24,000 bases of DNA, from assembly GCA_024696355.1 (NCBI GenBank), contig JAILGV010000032.1:9482-33481 (forward strand). The letters run 5' to 3'. The stretch is from Solobacterium sp. GTDB lineage: Bacteria > Bacillota_I > Bacilli_A > Erysipelotrichales > Erysipelotrichaceae. Below are positions 1 to 8,603 of the stretch, piece by piece (position 1 is the stretch's first letter; each line of letters begins with the position of its first letter). The notes below the pieces were generated by a model that saw only the letters and a program-made list of their open reading frames with translations, was not told the DNA's origin and did not search any database. The translations under genes and the position numbers were made by a program.

Positions 1-1723
1 AGGAAACAAGACATGCATGCAGTCTGTTTTCCTGATCTTTTCCGATACGTATTTCCGGTTTCCCGGCCGCTTTCTGAGCCCGGTATATTTCGGCACGTTT
101 CTCGAAGACATCATCCGGCATCGGTGAATAGCCGGAGACAAAATGGAATGCGTTCCAGCGCAGATGCTCGGTCTTTCCGAGATTGTCCTTCTGTCTGTCC
201 GTCAGAACAAGCCCTTCTTTTGCCGCGGTTTTTCCGTCGGTATGTGTCATATACAGATATGCCGGGGCGAAGTCCGCTGAGGCACGTGAGCTCATTCTGC
301 TGAAATAATCTGTATCATACCAGTTCTCCTGCGGAGTTTTTCCGTTGTTTCCGCAGTAGCCGTGATTCAGAATAATTGCCCGCTGATCGATTTTATCGAC
401 AGAAAGAAGATTTCTGTCATAGAGCTTCTGCCGCTGTGCAGCCTGTTTTCCGCTGATGCACCGGATCCCGCTGTAGCTGCACTGATAAACGGGTATGCTT
501 CTGCCGGACCGCTTCAGATAGCCGTTGATTTCCTCGCCGATCTCATTGTTGGTCTTTGCGTTTCCCGTGCAGACGGCAATGTATTTCAGTCCGGGATGAT
601 CCGCAAGATATCTGTACATCGCATCGCTTCTGCCGTCATCGTTGTAAAACTCAATGTCATACTGTCTGAACATCTCTGCGCTTTCCTGGCGCATATAGCC
701 GGCTTCCTGATTATAAACAGGTGAGAAAACCGCCGCATGGAAGGTGCTGCCGGCAAACTGACCGTTCATGACGATGCTTCTCAGAACCGCCTGCCCGATT
801 CTTCCGAAACCGACAATCAGCGCTTCGAAATCACTTTCGGCTGCGCAGTCCTCATTGAATGTCATTGCTCTGTACGGAGGATATAATTCCGTCAGTATTC
901 TGGCACAGAGCTGTGCCTCATCAAAGATGAACACTCTTCCGTATCCGTAGCGGTCTCTGTATGCCTGCAGCGACGCCCCCTGGGTCTCTTCCTTTGCCAT
1001 CATAACCAGGGAGGTTCTCTGCGGGCTGATTCCGGCTTCTTCAAACGCTCTGAGTATGTTTTCTGCGTATTCTTCATTCTGAACGCCGTCATTCCGCAGA
1101 CAGTAAACAGATATCTTTCTGTTTTTCCTCATCGCGCCGACCGAAGCCAGAAAGCGGCGGGTTATTTTTGCGTCGGTCCTGTACAGTCCGCCTCCGCCCT
1201 GTATTGTTTCCAGGGATGCAGCGACAGGTTCACTGTCGATGTAAATAACGGAATCACGTGAGTCAAACTGTGATCCGAGCATCACTGAATTCGGATTGAT
1301 TCCGCAGATCAGAATCAGATCTCCTTTTTTGACAAACAGCATCCGGATTCTGTGCAGTACCTTGTCCCCGACCGCAATGATCGCCGTTCCGGCAGTTGCG
1401 TAAAGTGCCATGTAATGGATAACCCAGAAAAGAATCTGAAGTCCCGTGTATTTGTTGAACAGCGGGGTCTGCATGGCTGCCGAATAATCATTTCTTCCGA
1501 GGAACATATACAGAACAGACAGAGCTGCTCTCAATGCGCCGAGAAAAACGCTGCCGCTCTGGCATGCGAATATATATCCGTACAAAAGCAGGCCCACCGC
1601 TGCCGACACAGACACAAAAACACTGACAAGCATCGACTGATAATGCGGCTTTGCCGCAAGCTGGACCACTGTCACGGAAAAAATAACGATTGTCAGTAAA
1701 ATGACAGGTGCAAAATATGCCAT
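1..1723 (-). CDS. Membrane-anchored NAD(P)-binding (TrkA-N/Rossmann-like) domain protein, possibly with a C-terminal RyR-like motif. The 3' end lies beyond the left edge of the window.
   Basis: This ORF is absent from the supplied track because it has no stop codon in the window. My hand translation of the reverse strand from the ATG at 1723 stays open for all 574 codons to the window edge. The start context is aaaaaggggaatcggaATG, which is SD-like. The protein begins MAYFAPVILLTIVIFSVTVVQLAAK and has about 4 hydrophobic helices. A GxGxxG Rossmann motif (LIVGFGRIGQAVL) follows. Near the edge, EHLRWNAFHFVSGYSP...NRLHACLVS loosely resembles the bacterial RyR-domain signature. No long plus-strand ORF competes with it. 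Confidence 0.7.
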   Translation of the reverse strand, partial: MAYFAPVILLTIVIFSVTVVQLAAKPHYQSMLVSVFVSVSAAVGLLLYGYIFACQSGSVFLGALRAALSVLYMFLGRNDYSAAMQTPLFNKYTGLQILFWVIHYMALYATAGTAIIAVGDKVLHRIRMLFVKKGDLILICGINPNSVMLGSQFDSRDSVIYIDSEPVAASLETIQGGGGLYRTDAKITRRFLASVGAMRKNRKISVYCLRNDGVQNEEYAENILRAFEEAGISPQRTSLVMMAKEETQGASLQAYRDRYGYGRVFIFDEAQLCARILTELYPPYRAMTFNEDCAAESDFEALIVGFGRIGQAVLRSIVMNGQFAGSTFHAAVFSPVYNQEAGYMRQESAEMFRQYDIEFYNDDGRSDAMYRYLADHPGLKYIAVCTGNAKTNNEIGEEINGYLKRSGRSIPVYQCSYSGIRCISGKQAAQRQKLYDRNLLSVDKIDQRAIILNHGYCGNNGKTPQENWYDTDYFSRMSSRASADFAPAYLYMTHTDGKTAAKEGLVLTDRQKDNLGKTEHLRWNAFHFVSGYSPMPDDVFEKRAEIYRAQKAAGKPEIRIGKDQENRLHACLVS

Positions 1724-1821
1724 TCCGATTCCCCTTTTTATTACAAAAATGATAGCACAAGCACCGCCCGGCTTGAATTATTATATCGGCAATTGCTGTA
1801 TCACGTATTCACGGAGGCATA

Positions 1822-1852
1822 ACAAAAACCGGACCTGTATGACAGGCCCGGT
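1822..1852 (-). terminator. Rho-independent terminator downstream of prs
   Basis: On the minus strand, ACCGGGCCTGT-CAT-ACAGGTCCGGT forms an 11-bp stem with one G-U pair, followed by TTTTTGTTAT. It lies 17 nt after the prs stop codon. Confidence 0.7.
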
Positions 1853-1868
1853 CAGAATGTCCTGACGC

Positions 1869-2864
1869 TCAGTCGTTTTCTCTCGGGGATGAACCCTCGT
1901 TCTTTGATTCATACATATCGTATACAGAGGATACGGACGTATGATTCTGAATTGCGTCAATTGTCTCGGCAAGCACGTCAGCCATGGACAGCTGGATGAC
2001 CTTTGTCGTCTTTCTGCGCTTTTCTTCCGTCATCGGCACAGTATCGGAGATGACAACTTCACAGATGTCGGATGCTTCGATCTTCTCGAGGGCGTCTCTT
2101 GAGAATACGCCGTGGGTAACACCGACATGAACCTCCCTGGCTCCGTGATCCTTCAGAATCTTCGCCGCAGCGCAGAGTGAACCGGCTGTATCACAGATGT
2201 CATCGATAATAATGCAGATTTTTCCCCTGACTTTTCCGATTACGTTCTGTGCTTCAACTTCGTTGGGGCGGGGACGTCTCTTGTCTACGATGGCGATCGG
2301 TGCATTGAGAATATTCGCAAGCTTTCTCGCTCTGACAACTCCGCCGTGGTCCGGTGACACTACAACAAGATCCTCGTTGGGGAACTGCTTGTCAAGGAAA
2401 TAGCGGCCCAGCATCGGCACTGCCGTCATGTCATCAATCGGAATATCGAAATATCCCTGAATCTGTGCGGCATGAAGGTCAACCGTCACGATTCTGTCGG
2501 CTCCCGCCACCTGCAGCAGGTTGGCTACAAGCTTGGCAGTGATCGGCTGATGCGCATCGGCTTTTCTGTCCTGACGTGCATATCCGTAATAAGGCATGAT
2601 GACATTGATTTCTGCCGCAGATGCTCTCTTCAGGGCGTCAATGCAGACAAGAACCTCCATGAGGTGCTCGGTAACGGGAGGGCAGGTGCTCTGAATAATG
2701 AATACGGATCCTCCTCTGACAACTTCCTGGGGAGTAACCATAATCTCTCCGTCCGCAAAATGCTCGATTTTGATCTTTCCGAGTCTCATTCCGAGGTGAT
2801 TTGCAATACTAGCCGCAAGATCCGTACTCGAAGTTAACGCAAACAGAACTGTCTCATTAAGCAT
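1869..2864 (-). CDS. prs: Ribose-phosphate pyrophosphokinase (PRPP synthetase)
   Basis: The translation MLNETVLFALTSS...HFADGEI...YYGYARQDRK...DLHA.QIQGYF...VVSPDHGGV.RAR is typical of the Prs family. I chose the ATG at 2864 because it has GGAGGAAAATTAAT upstream. The track's longer start at 2897 overlaps glmU and has no SD. Confidence 0.95.
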   Translation of the reverse strand: MLNETVLFALTSSTDLAASIANHLGMRLGKIKIEHFADGEIMVTPQEVVRGGSVFIIQSTCPPVTEHLMEVLVCIDALKRASAAEINVIMPYYGYARQDRKADAHQPITAKLVANLLQVAGADRIVTVDLHAAQIQGYFDIPIDDMTAVPMLGRYFLDKQFPNEDLVVVSPDHGGVVRARKLANILNAPIAIVDKRRPRPNEVEAQNVIGKVRGKICIIIDDICDTAGSLCAAAKILKDHGAREVHVGVTHGVFSRDALEKIEASDICEVVISDTVPMTEEKRRKTTKVIQLSMADVLAETIDAIQNHTSVSSVYDMYESKNEGSSPREND

Positions 2865-2865
2865 A

Positions 2866-3867
2866 TTAATTTTCCTCCGTTCCCGTGACACTGGCAAACG
2901 GCCCTACGTGGCTGCCGCACTTCACTTTACTGTTTTCTATGACTGAAGCTTCGATCAGACAGTCATCCCCGATGACTGCATTGACAAGATATGAACCGGG
3001 TCTGATCACGGTTCCGTTTCCGATACTGCTTTCCCCGTAAATACTGACGTTGGGATGAACCGTAACATCATGACCGAATGTCACTTCCGTACCGATATAT
3101 GTGTTTTCCGGATCAATGACCGTTACACCTGCATGCATCCATTTTTCATTGATCTTCCTGCGCAGCCAGGCATTTGCTCTGGCCAGCTCGGCATTGTCGT
3201 TGACACCCTGCACTTCATCTTCGTCCTCCGCAAGAACCGCCTTTACGGTCCAGCCCTTGTTCCGGAAGATTTCCACCAGATCGGTGATGTAGTATTCGTG
3301 CTGGGCGTTGTTGTTCTTCAGTTCCTTCAGACCTTCAAACAGCTTTTCGGTATTAAATGCATATATTCCCGTATTGATTTCGCGGACTGCCTTTTCTTCT
3401 TCGCTGCAGTCCTTGAATTCAACGATTTTTTCCACGATTCCTTCTTTGCTGCGGATTACGCGGCCGTAATGTGCCGCATCTTCCATTGAAACAGTGAGCA
3501 CTGCCATGTCTGCATCTTCAACAGACTGATACAGACTGCTCAGCGTTTCCGGCTGAATCGTCGCCGCATCTCCGTTGACGACCAGCACCGTTCCCTTTTC
3601 GTTCTCGAGCTGTCTGGCCTGCATAACTGCATGCCCTGTCCCGAGCTGGGGATCCTGTATTGCAAATTCACACTGCCCTTCAAGTGCTTTTTCAACAAGC
3701 TCATGCCGGTATCCGACAACGGCAATGATTCTTTCCGCTCCTGCTTTTTTCAGATTTCTTACTATTAATTCCGCCATCGGCATTTCACATACCTTATGCA
3801 GAACTTTCGGCGCATCGGAACGCATTCGGGTTCCTTTTCCCGCCGCTAATACGATCGCATTTTTCAT
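2866..3867 (-). CDS. glmU: GlmU-like N-acetylglucosamine-1-phosphate uridyltransferase, C-terminally truncated so that most of the acetyltransferase domain is missing
   Basis: The N-terminus MKNAIVLAAGKGTRMRSDAPKVLHKV...GTGHAV is the GlmU pyrophosphorylase signature. Left-handed beta-helix hexapeptide repeats begin at GVTVIDPENTYIG. The protein ends at ...HVGPFASVTGTEEN after about 333 aa, whereas bifunctional GlmU is about 450-460 aa. The ATG at 3867 is preceded by GGAGG. The glmU-prs order matches the Bacillus gcaD-prs arrangement. Confidence 0.85.
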   Translation of the reverse strand: MKNAIVLAAGKGTRMRSDAPKVLHKVCEMPMAELIVRNLKKAGAERIIAVVGYRHELVEKALEGQCEFAIQDPQLGTGHAVMQARQLENEKGTVLVVNGDAATIQPETLSSLYQSVEDADMAVLTVSMEDAAHYGRVIRSKEGIVEKIVEFKDCSEEEKAVREINTGIYAFNTEKLFEGLKELKNNNAQHEYYITDLVEIFRNKGWTVKAVLAEDEDEVQGVNDNAELARANAWLRRKINEKWMHAGVTVIDPENTYIGTEVTFGHDVTVHPNVSIYGESSIGNGTVIRPGSYLVNAVIGDDCLIEASVIENSKVKCGSHVGPFASVTGTEEN

Positions 3868-3939
3868 CTGTCTGCCTCCGCTCAATAATTATACAGGAAA
3901 TCGTCTGAAACTGATGATAAACCTGCAGAAAAGCGGCGT

Positions 3940-4791
3940 TCAGTGAACACCGCTTCCGAGAATTTTAGTTGCTCTTACAAAATATCCGTTTGCTCTCATT
4001 ATATCGGATGCTTCGCGGATTACTCTCTGACTTCTGGTGATGCCGAAAACCGCAGAGCCGCTGCCCGACATCAGAACACCGTCAAAACCGAGGTCTGTCA
4101 GCTGTTCCTTCACTTCACTGATTTCACTGACCAGTTTCAGGGAAATGCTTTCCAGGGAATTGCCGAGAGAGGAAATAATCCCGTCATAATCACCTTCGAT
4201 CAGTGCTTTCATCATCTTTTCCGGATCGGGATGTTCCATATTGCTGAAATCCAGACCGCCGAAAGCCGCTTTTGTGCTGACTCCCCTGCCGGGCTTCACC
4301 AGAAGAACGCTGAAATCGGGATTGCATGAAAATGTTGTGAGATTTTCACCGATGCCTTCTGCCAGCGCGCATTTGTTCAGTACGCAGAACGGCACGTCTG
4401 CGCCGACTTCCTTCGCACACGAAAGCATTTCTTCTGTCGTCAGATTCAGATGCAGGCTTTTGTTGATCATCCGGATTGCCGCAGCCGCATCAGCCGATCC
4501 TCCGGCAAGTCCTGCCTGCGTGGGAATATGCTTCTGCAGGGTAAAGGCAAAATTCCGGTCAAATCCGTACCGTTCCCTCATCACGCTGTAAGCCTTGATC
4601 ACCGTATTCTTTTCATTGACGGGAAGATATCTGCGGTTAAGGGAAATACTTGTTTCATCTGCAGGAACCATTTCAAGAACATCATAAAAATCGATCGGCA
4701 CAATGACCATTTTCAGGTCATGATATCCGTCTTCCCTTTTTCTGACGACATCCAGACAAAGGTTAATCTTGGCATAGGCACGTTCTTTCAT
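3940..4791 (-). CDS. ispE: 4-diphosphocytidyl-2-C-methyl-D-erythritol kinase (MEP pathway)
   Basis: MKERAYAKINLCLDVV.KREDGYH and the GHMP-kinase motif PTQAGLAGGSADAAA identify the family. The ATG at 4791 is preceded by CAGGAGG. It overlaps the 3' end of rsmA by 29 nt. Confidence 0.9.
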   Translation of the reverse strand: MKERAYAKINLCLDVVRKREDGYHDLKMVIVPIDFYDVLEMVPADETSISLNRRYLPVNEKNTVIKAYSVMRERYGFDRNFAFTLQKHIPTQAGLAGGSADAAAAIRMINKSLHLNLTTEEMLSCAKEVGADVPFCVLNKCALAEGIGENLTTFSCNPDFSVLLVKPGRGVSTKAAFGGLDFSNMEHPDPEKMMKALIEGDYDGIISSLGNSLESISLKLVSEISEVKEQLTDLGFDGVLMSGSGSAVFGITRSQRVIREASDIMRANGYFVRATKILGSGVH

Positions 4792-5620
4792 ACAGCCTCC
4801 TGAATTCTTTCTGACCGAGTTCCTGGGCACGGCAGCCCGGATCTATATCTGCTTCCCGAAGCACCCGGACAGCTGTTTCGCCGTTTCCCAGATACTCCCT
4901 GACATTATTGTATATCGTTTTCCGCCTCTGCTTAAAGCAGGCTTTGACAAGTTCAAAGAATGCCTCCCTGTCGTCAACCGGATCATCAATTTCCTTCTGC
5001 CTGAACTGAATCACCGCACTGTCAACATTGGGTGCCGGCTGAAACGAATTTCTGGGCACTGCATACAGTTTCTTTACATCATACAGATACTGGCTTTCCA
5101 CGGAAAGAGCACCGTAGTCTTTTGAACCGGGTTCCGCCGCAAATCTGTCAGCGACTTCCTTCTGCACCATAACCGTAATATACGGAATTCCTTCCCGGCA
5201 TTCAAACAGCCGGAACAGAATCGGTGTAGTAATGTAATACGGCAGATTTGCGCAGACTGCAACGCTTCCGTATGCTTCGCGCAGTTCCCTGACGGAACTT
5301 TCCACGTCCGCCTCAAGAAAATCCTGCAGAATGACTTCAACGTTGCCGTATTCCTTCAGTGTCTCTTTCAGCACCGGAATCAGTTTCTCATCCACTTCAT
5401 ACGCCCTGACATGCTTTGAGCAGAGCGCCAGCTGTTCTGTCAGCGAGCCGATTCCGGGACCGATCTCGATTACGGCACCTTCACAATGTGAAACCTGCGC
5501 ACAGCGGCTGACAACACTGACATCGGTCAGAAAATTCTGACCGTAGCCTTTCTTTGCATGCAGGCCAAACTGCTGCAGGATTTCCTTTGTTCTCGAGGGT
5601 GCGGCAATTGGTTTATTCAT
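4763..5620 (-). CDS. rsmA: 16S rRNA (adenine1518/1519-N6)-dimethyltransferase
   Basis: KKGYGQNFL and the SAM-binding motif VIEIGPGIGSLT are RsmA/KsgA hallmarks. The ATG at 5620 has AAGGAG 7 nt upstream. The track's start at 5623 is a TTG one codon earlier. The gene overlaps the rnmV stop by 8 nt (ATGAATAA). Confidence 0.93.
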   Translation of the reverse strand: MNKPIAAPSRTKEILQQFGLHAKKGYGQNFLTDVSVVSRCAQVSHCEGAVIEIGPGIGSLTEQLALCSKHVRAYEVDEKLIPVLKETLKEYGNVEVILQDFLEADVESSVRELREAYGSVAVCANLPYYITTPILFRLFECREGIPYITVMVQKEVADRFAAEPGSKDYGALSVESQYLYDVKKLYAVPRNSFQPAPNVDSAVIQFRQKEIDDPVDDREAFFELVKACFKQRRKTIYNNVREYLGNGETAVRVLREADIDPGCRAQELGQKEFRRLYERTCLCQD

Positions 5621-6149
5621 CAAGGATCTCCTTTAACTTTTCCTTCGTGATATTCAGGCAGTTCAGACGGTTCAGCATTGTTCTGGCATTTCCGTTTCCG
5701 ATATGCAGTCTGCGTCCGGCCTTTTCCCGCAGCGCGGCACTGTCCTTTCTGCCGCTCAGACCGAGTTCATACAGATCAGTAATACTGATTGTCCTGTTCT
5801 GTTCTGTATATGTAACCAGATTGCTCAGAGCTTCGCTGATTGCTTCATATCCGGCATGCTCTACGCCGACTTTTTTGTCTGTACGTGCATTTTTCCTGTC
5901 CACAAATGCATTTCTGCATCCCGGAATTTCTCTGTTGATTCTGTCACGGATCCGGTTTCCCGGGGAATCGGGATCCGTCAGTACGATGATGCCTCTCAAG
6001 GCTGCGGCAGCCCTGATCCTCTCCATGGTTTCATCGGAAAGACTGCTTCCGCCGGTCTCGATCGTGTCACAGTCATAATACATGCGCAGCCGGTCTGTAT
6101 CATGTTTTCCCTCGACGACGATCACTTCCCGGATTCTTTTTCTTTCCAT
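5613..6149 (-). CDS. rnmV: Ribonuclease M5 (5S rRNA maturase, TOPRIM domain)
   Basis: VIVVEGKHD...IIVLTDPDSPG is the RNase M5 TOPRIM pattern. The ATG at 6149 overlaps the tatD TGA (TGATG) and has GGAGGG 6 nt upstream. The track's start at 6152 is a GTG. Confidence 0.9.
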   Translation of the reverse strand: MERKRIREVIVVEGKHDTDRLRMYYDCDTIETGGSSLSDETMERIRAAAALRGIIVLTDPDSPGNRIRDRINREIPGCRNAFVDRKNARTDKKVGVEHAGYEAISEALSNLVTYTEQNRTISITDLYELGLSGRKDSAALREKAGRRLHIGNGNARTMLNRLNCLNITKEKLKEILDE

Positions 6150-6925
6150 CACTTTCCCTCCAGAAAGCGCGTATAGTTTTCAAATATTACGCCGGCAAGA
6201 TACTCTTCCGGAACATTTCTGAGTTCCGCCATTTTACGGAGAATATGCGGAATGTTGGAAGGATCGTTTCTTCTGCCCCTGACCGGTTCCGGTGACATAT
6301 ACGGACTGTCGGTCTCAGTCAGAAGATATTTTTCGTCGATTGTCCGGCAGACTTCCCCGGAATGTCTTGCGTTCTTAAATGTCACCGCTCCGCCGAGGGC
6401 AATATAGTATCCGAGCTTTGTAAATTCCAGTGCCATTTCCTTTGAGCCGGGAAAACAGTGCAGCAGTCCCCTGCAGCGGTGCTGCTTCAGAATATCAAAG
6501 GTGTCCTGCATGGCATCACGGGAATGAACAAGAACCGGCTTGCCGATTTCGTTTGCCCATTCGATCTGTCTGATGAAAAGCTCTCTCTGCTTCGCCCGCA
6601 GATTTTCATCTTTTACCCAGTGATACTCCAGGCCGCATTCACCGACCGCACTGACGTCCCCGCGTGCCGTGATTTCCCTGAACGCATTCCAGCGTTCCTC
6701 CGTCAGTTTGTCTGCATCCTCGGGAAATACGGCATGGGCAACCTGGTATTTCCCGGGATCGCGCTTTCTGAATTCCAGTGCGCGGTAAGCCTCCTCAGGC
6801 TCCAGTGTTATGATCATGATCCTGTCAATATGAGACGCTTCCGTCTTTTTCAGCATTTCCTCAAGATCATTTTCAAATTCTTCACTCATGATATGTGCAT
6901 GAGAATCAATATATCTTACTGTCAT
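6149..6925 (-). CDS. tatD: TatD-family metal-dependent hydrolase/DNase
   Basis: YIDSHAHI at the N-terminus, with internal GECGLEYHW and ETDSPYMSP, are TatD/YabD family motifs. The tatD-rnmV-ksgA order is conserved in Firmicutes. Confidence 0.9.
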   Translation of the reverse strand: MTVRYIDSHAHIMSEEFENDLEEMLKKTEASHIDRIMIITLEPEEAYRALEFRKRDPGKYQVAHAVFPEDADKLTEERWNAFREITARGDVSAVGECGLEYHWVKDENLRAKQRELFIRQIEWANEIGKPVLVHSRDAMQDTFDILKQHRCRGLLHCFPGSKEMALEFTKLGYYIALGGAVTFKNARHSGEVCRTIDEKYLLTETDSPYMSPEPVRGRRNDPSNIPHILRKMAELRNVPEEYLAGVIFENYTRFLEGK

Positions 6926-6927
6926 TG

Positions 6928-8250
6928 CTATTTGCCGAGGCAGAACCTGCTGAATATCTCATCCAGAAGATCTTCTCTGCCTGCCTCCCCTGTTATTTCC
7001 CTTAACGCAAACCATGCATTCTGCAGATCGATTGTCACAAGATCCACCTCTGCACCGCTGCGCAGTGACGAAACGGCATTCTTCATATATGTTTCCGCCT
7101 GTATTGCAAGACCGATCTGCCGTTCGTTGTTCAGTGTATCCTCAAAGGCTGCACGGATTCCGTTCTCATACCTCTTTTCGATTTCGTCCGTCAGGGCATG
7201 AATATCTTTGTTTACCGCCGAGATTGCCATCGTGCCGGGAATTTCCTTTTCGTCTTTTTTGTTGTAGACAACGATTCTTTCCCTGTCCTTTGTCAGTTCC
7301 AGAAGCTCCCTGTCTTCCTCCGTCATGCCCGAAGAGGAATCCAGCACAACAATTACAAGCTGTGCTTTTTCAAGAGCCTTCAGTGACTTTTCGATGCCGA
7401 TCTGCTCAATCACATCCTCCGATGCCCGGATGCCCGCCGTATCGATCAGATTCAACGTCACATTTCCCACTCTCACCGAGCCTTCCACAAGGTCTCTGGT
7501 TGTGCCGGCAATATCCGTAACAATTGCCTTGTCTTCCTCAAGCAGGGCGTTCAGCAGAGATGATTTTCCGACATTCGGACGGCCGAGAATGACGGTATCA
7601 ACACCGTTTCTGATCAGCACGGACTGCTGTGCCTTTTCAATCACTCCCCGGATCATCTTCAGCCATTCCTCCGCCTGCGGAAGAATCTGCTCATCCCTGA
7701 GCTGTTCAACATCGTCATATTCCGGATAATCGATGTTCACTTCTATCTGGGCTATGATCTGCGTCAGGCTTTCCGTCAGAGGATCAAGAATCCTCTGCAC
7801 GCTGCCTTTCAGAGAATGAACCGCACTGACTGCGTTCACCTCATCCCTTGCCCTGATCAGATCATTGACGCCTTCCGCCTGGGAAAGGTCCATTTTTCCG
7901 TTCAGGAAGGCACGCTGCGTAAACTCTCCCCGTTCCGCAAGCCGGGCTCCGCTTCCGAGCACAAGGGAAAGGATCTTTCTTGTGATATAGATGCCGCCGT
8001 GGCAGCTGATCTCGACAACGTCCTCTCCGGTATAGCTTTTCGGAGCATGGAAAATACTGAAAAGCACCTGATCTACAGGCTTTCCGTTTTCGATAATGTT
8101 TCCGACCCGGATTGTATATCCTTCCGCATCATGCAGTGAACGGTCACTGACTGCTTCGGCGATGCTGAAAGCATCTGCCCCGCTGATGCGGATTACGGAA
8201 ACTGCCCCTTCCCCGGGTGCTGTTGCGACTGCGGCTATCGTATCATTCAT
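6928..8250 (-). CDS. mnmE: tRNA modification GTPase MnmE
   Basis: The N-terminus DTIAAVATAPGEGAVSVIRISG, the G1 motif GRPNVGKSSLLN, DTAGIR, and the C-terminal FCLGK are diagnostic MnmE/TrmE features. Confidence 0.95.
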   Translation of the reverse strand: MNDTIAAVATAPGEGAVSVIRISGADAFSIAEAVSDRSLHDAEGYTIRVGNIIENGKPVDQVLFSIFHAPKSYTGEDVVEISCHGGIYITRKILSLVLGSGARLAERGEFTQRAFLNGKMDLSQAEGVNDLIRARDEVNAVSAVHSLKGSVQRILDPLTESLTQIIAQIEVNIDYPEYDDVEQLRDEQILPQAEEWLKMIRGVIEKAQQSVLIRNGVDTVILGRPNVGKSSLLNALLEEDKAIVTDIAGTTRDLVEGSVRVGNVTLNLIDTAGIRASEDVIEQIGIEKSLKALEKAQLVIVVLDSSSGMTEEDRELLELTKDRERIVVYNKKDEKEIPGTMAISAVNKDIHALTDEIEKRYENGIRAAFEDTLNNERQIGLAIQAETYMKNAVSSLRSGAEVDLVTIDLQNAWFALREITGEAGREDLLDEIFSRFCLGK

Positions 8251-8332
8251 ATCTGTACCTTCGCTAAACAGTCTATCATAAAACAGCCCTCAGTTTTTCC
8301 TGCGTATTTAAAAAGCTTCCCGCAGCCCGGTT

Positions 8333-8527
8333 TCATATTTCCGGAACAAAAGTGTCTGTTTCCGTTCCCGTACAGCGGATGTAGTAAAGGTACGTGCCGT
8401 CGAGATGCTTCCCGAACCGGGTAATGATATAGCCGCTTCTGATGTGCTCCCCGCTTCCGATCCAGGAAACGCATGCCGGGAATTTCTCTCTCGCTTCCTG
8501 CAGCGCCTGTTCAAACGTTTTCTGCAT
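8333..8527 (-). CDS. Small hypothetical protein (64 aa)
   Basis: The ATG at 8527 is preceded by AGGAGGAG 6 nt upstream. The gene lies in the same orientation just upstream of mnmE. I recognise no family. Two overlapping alternative-frame ORFs in the track lack an SD. Confidence 0.5.
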   Translation of the reverse strand: MQKTFEQALQEAREKFPACVSWIGSGEHIRSGYIITRFGKHLDGTYLYYIRCTGTETDTFVPEI

Positions 8528-8565
8528 GTCAGTCTCCTCCTGACTGCAGAATAAGCCCGTAACGG

Positions 8566-8603
8566 AAAGTCACTGTCCCGAAAGAAGGACAGTGACTTTT
8601 TTT
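8566..8603 (-). terminator. Stem-loop terminator immediately after the LysR stop codon
   Basis: A perfect 13-bp stem pairs AAAGTCACTGTCC (8566-8578) with GGACAGTGACTTT (8587-8599) around an 8-nt loop. The T-run is on the plus-strand side; the minus-strand tail is TTTCCGTT. The only upstream gene is the minus-strand LysR, so the hairpin may act in both directions. Confidence 0.6.

Noticed and set aside
8566-8603. The hairpin with a plus-strand T7 run could be the terminator of an unseen plus-strand gene.
   Set aside because: No plus-strand coding region lies upstream. The hairpin starts right after the minus-strand LysR stop codon, so I assign it to that gene, possibly acting bidirectionally.
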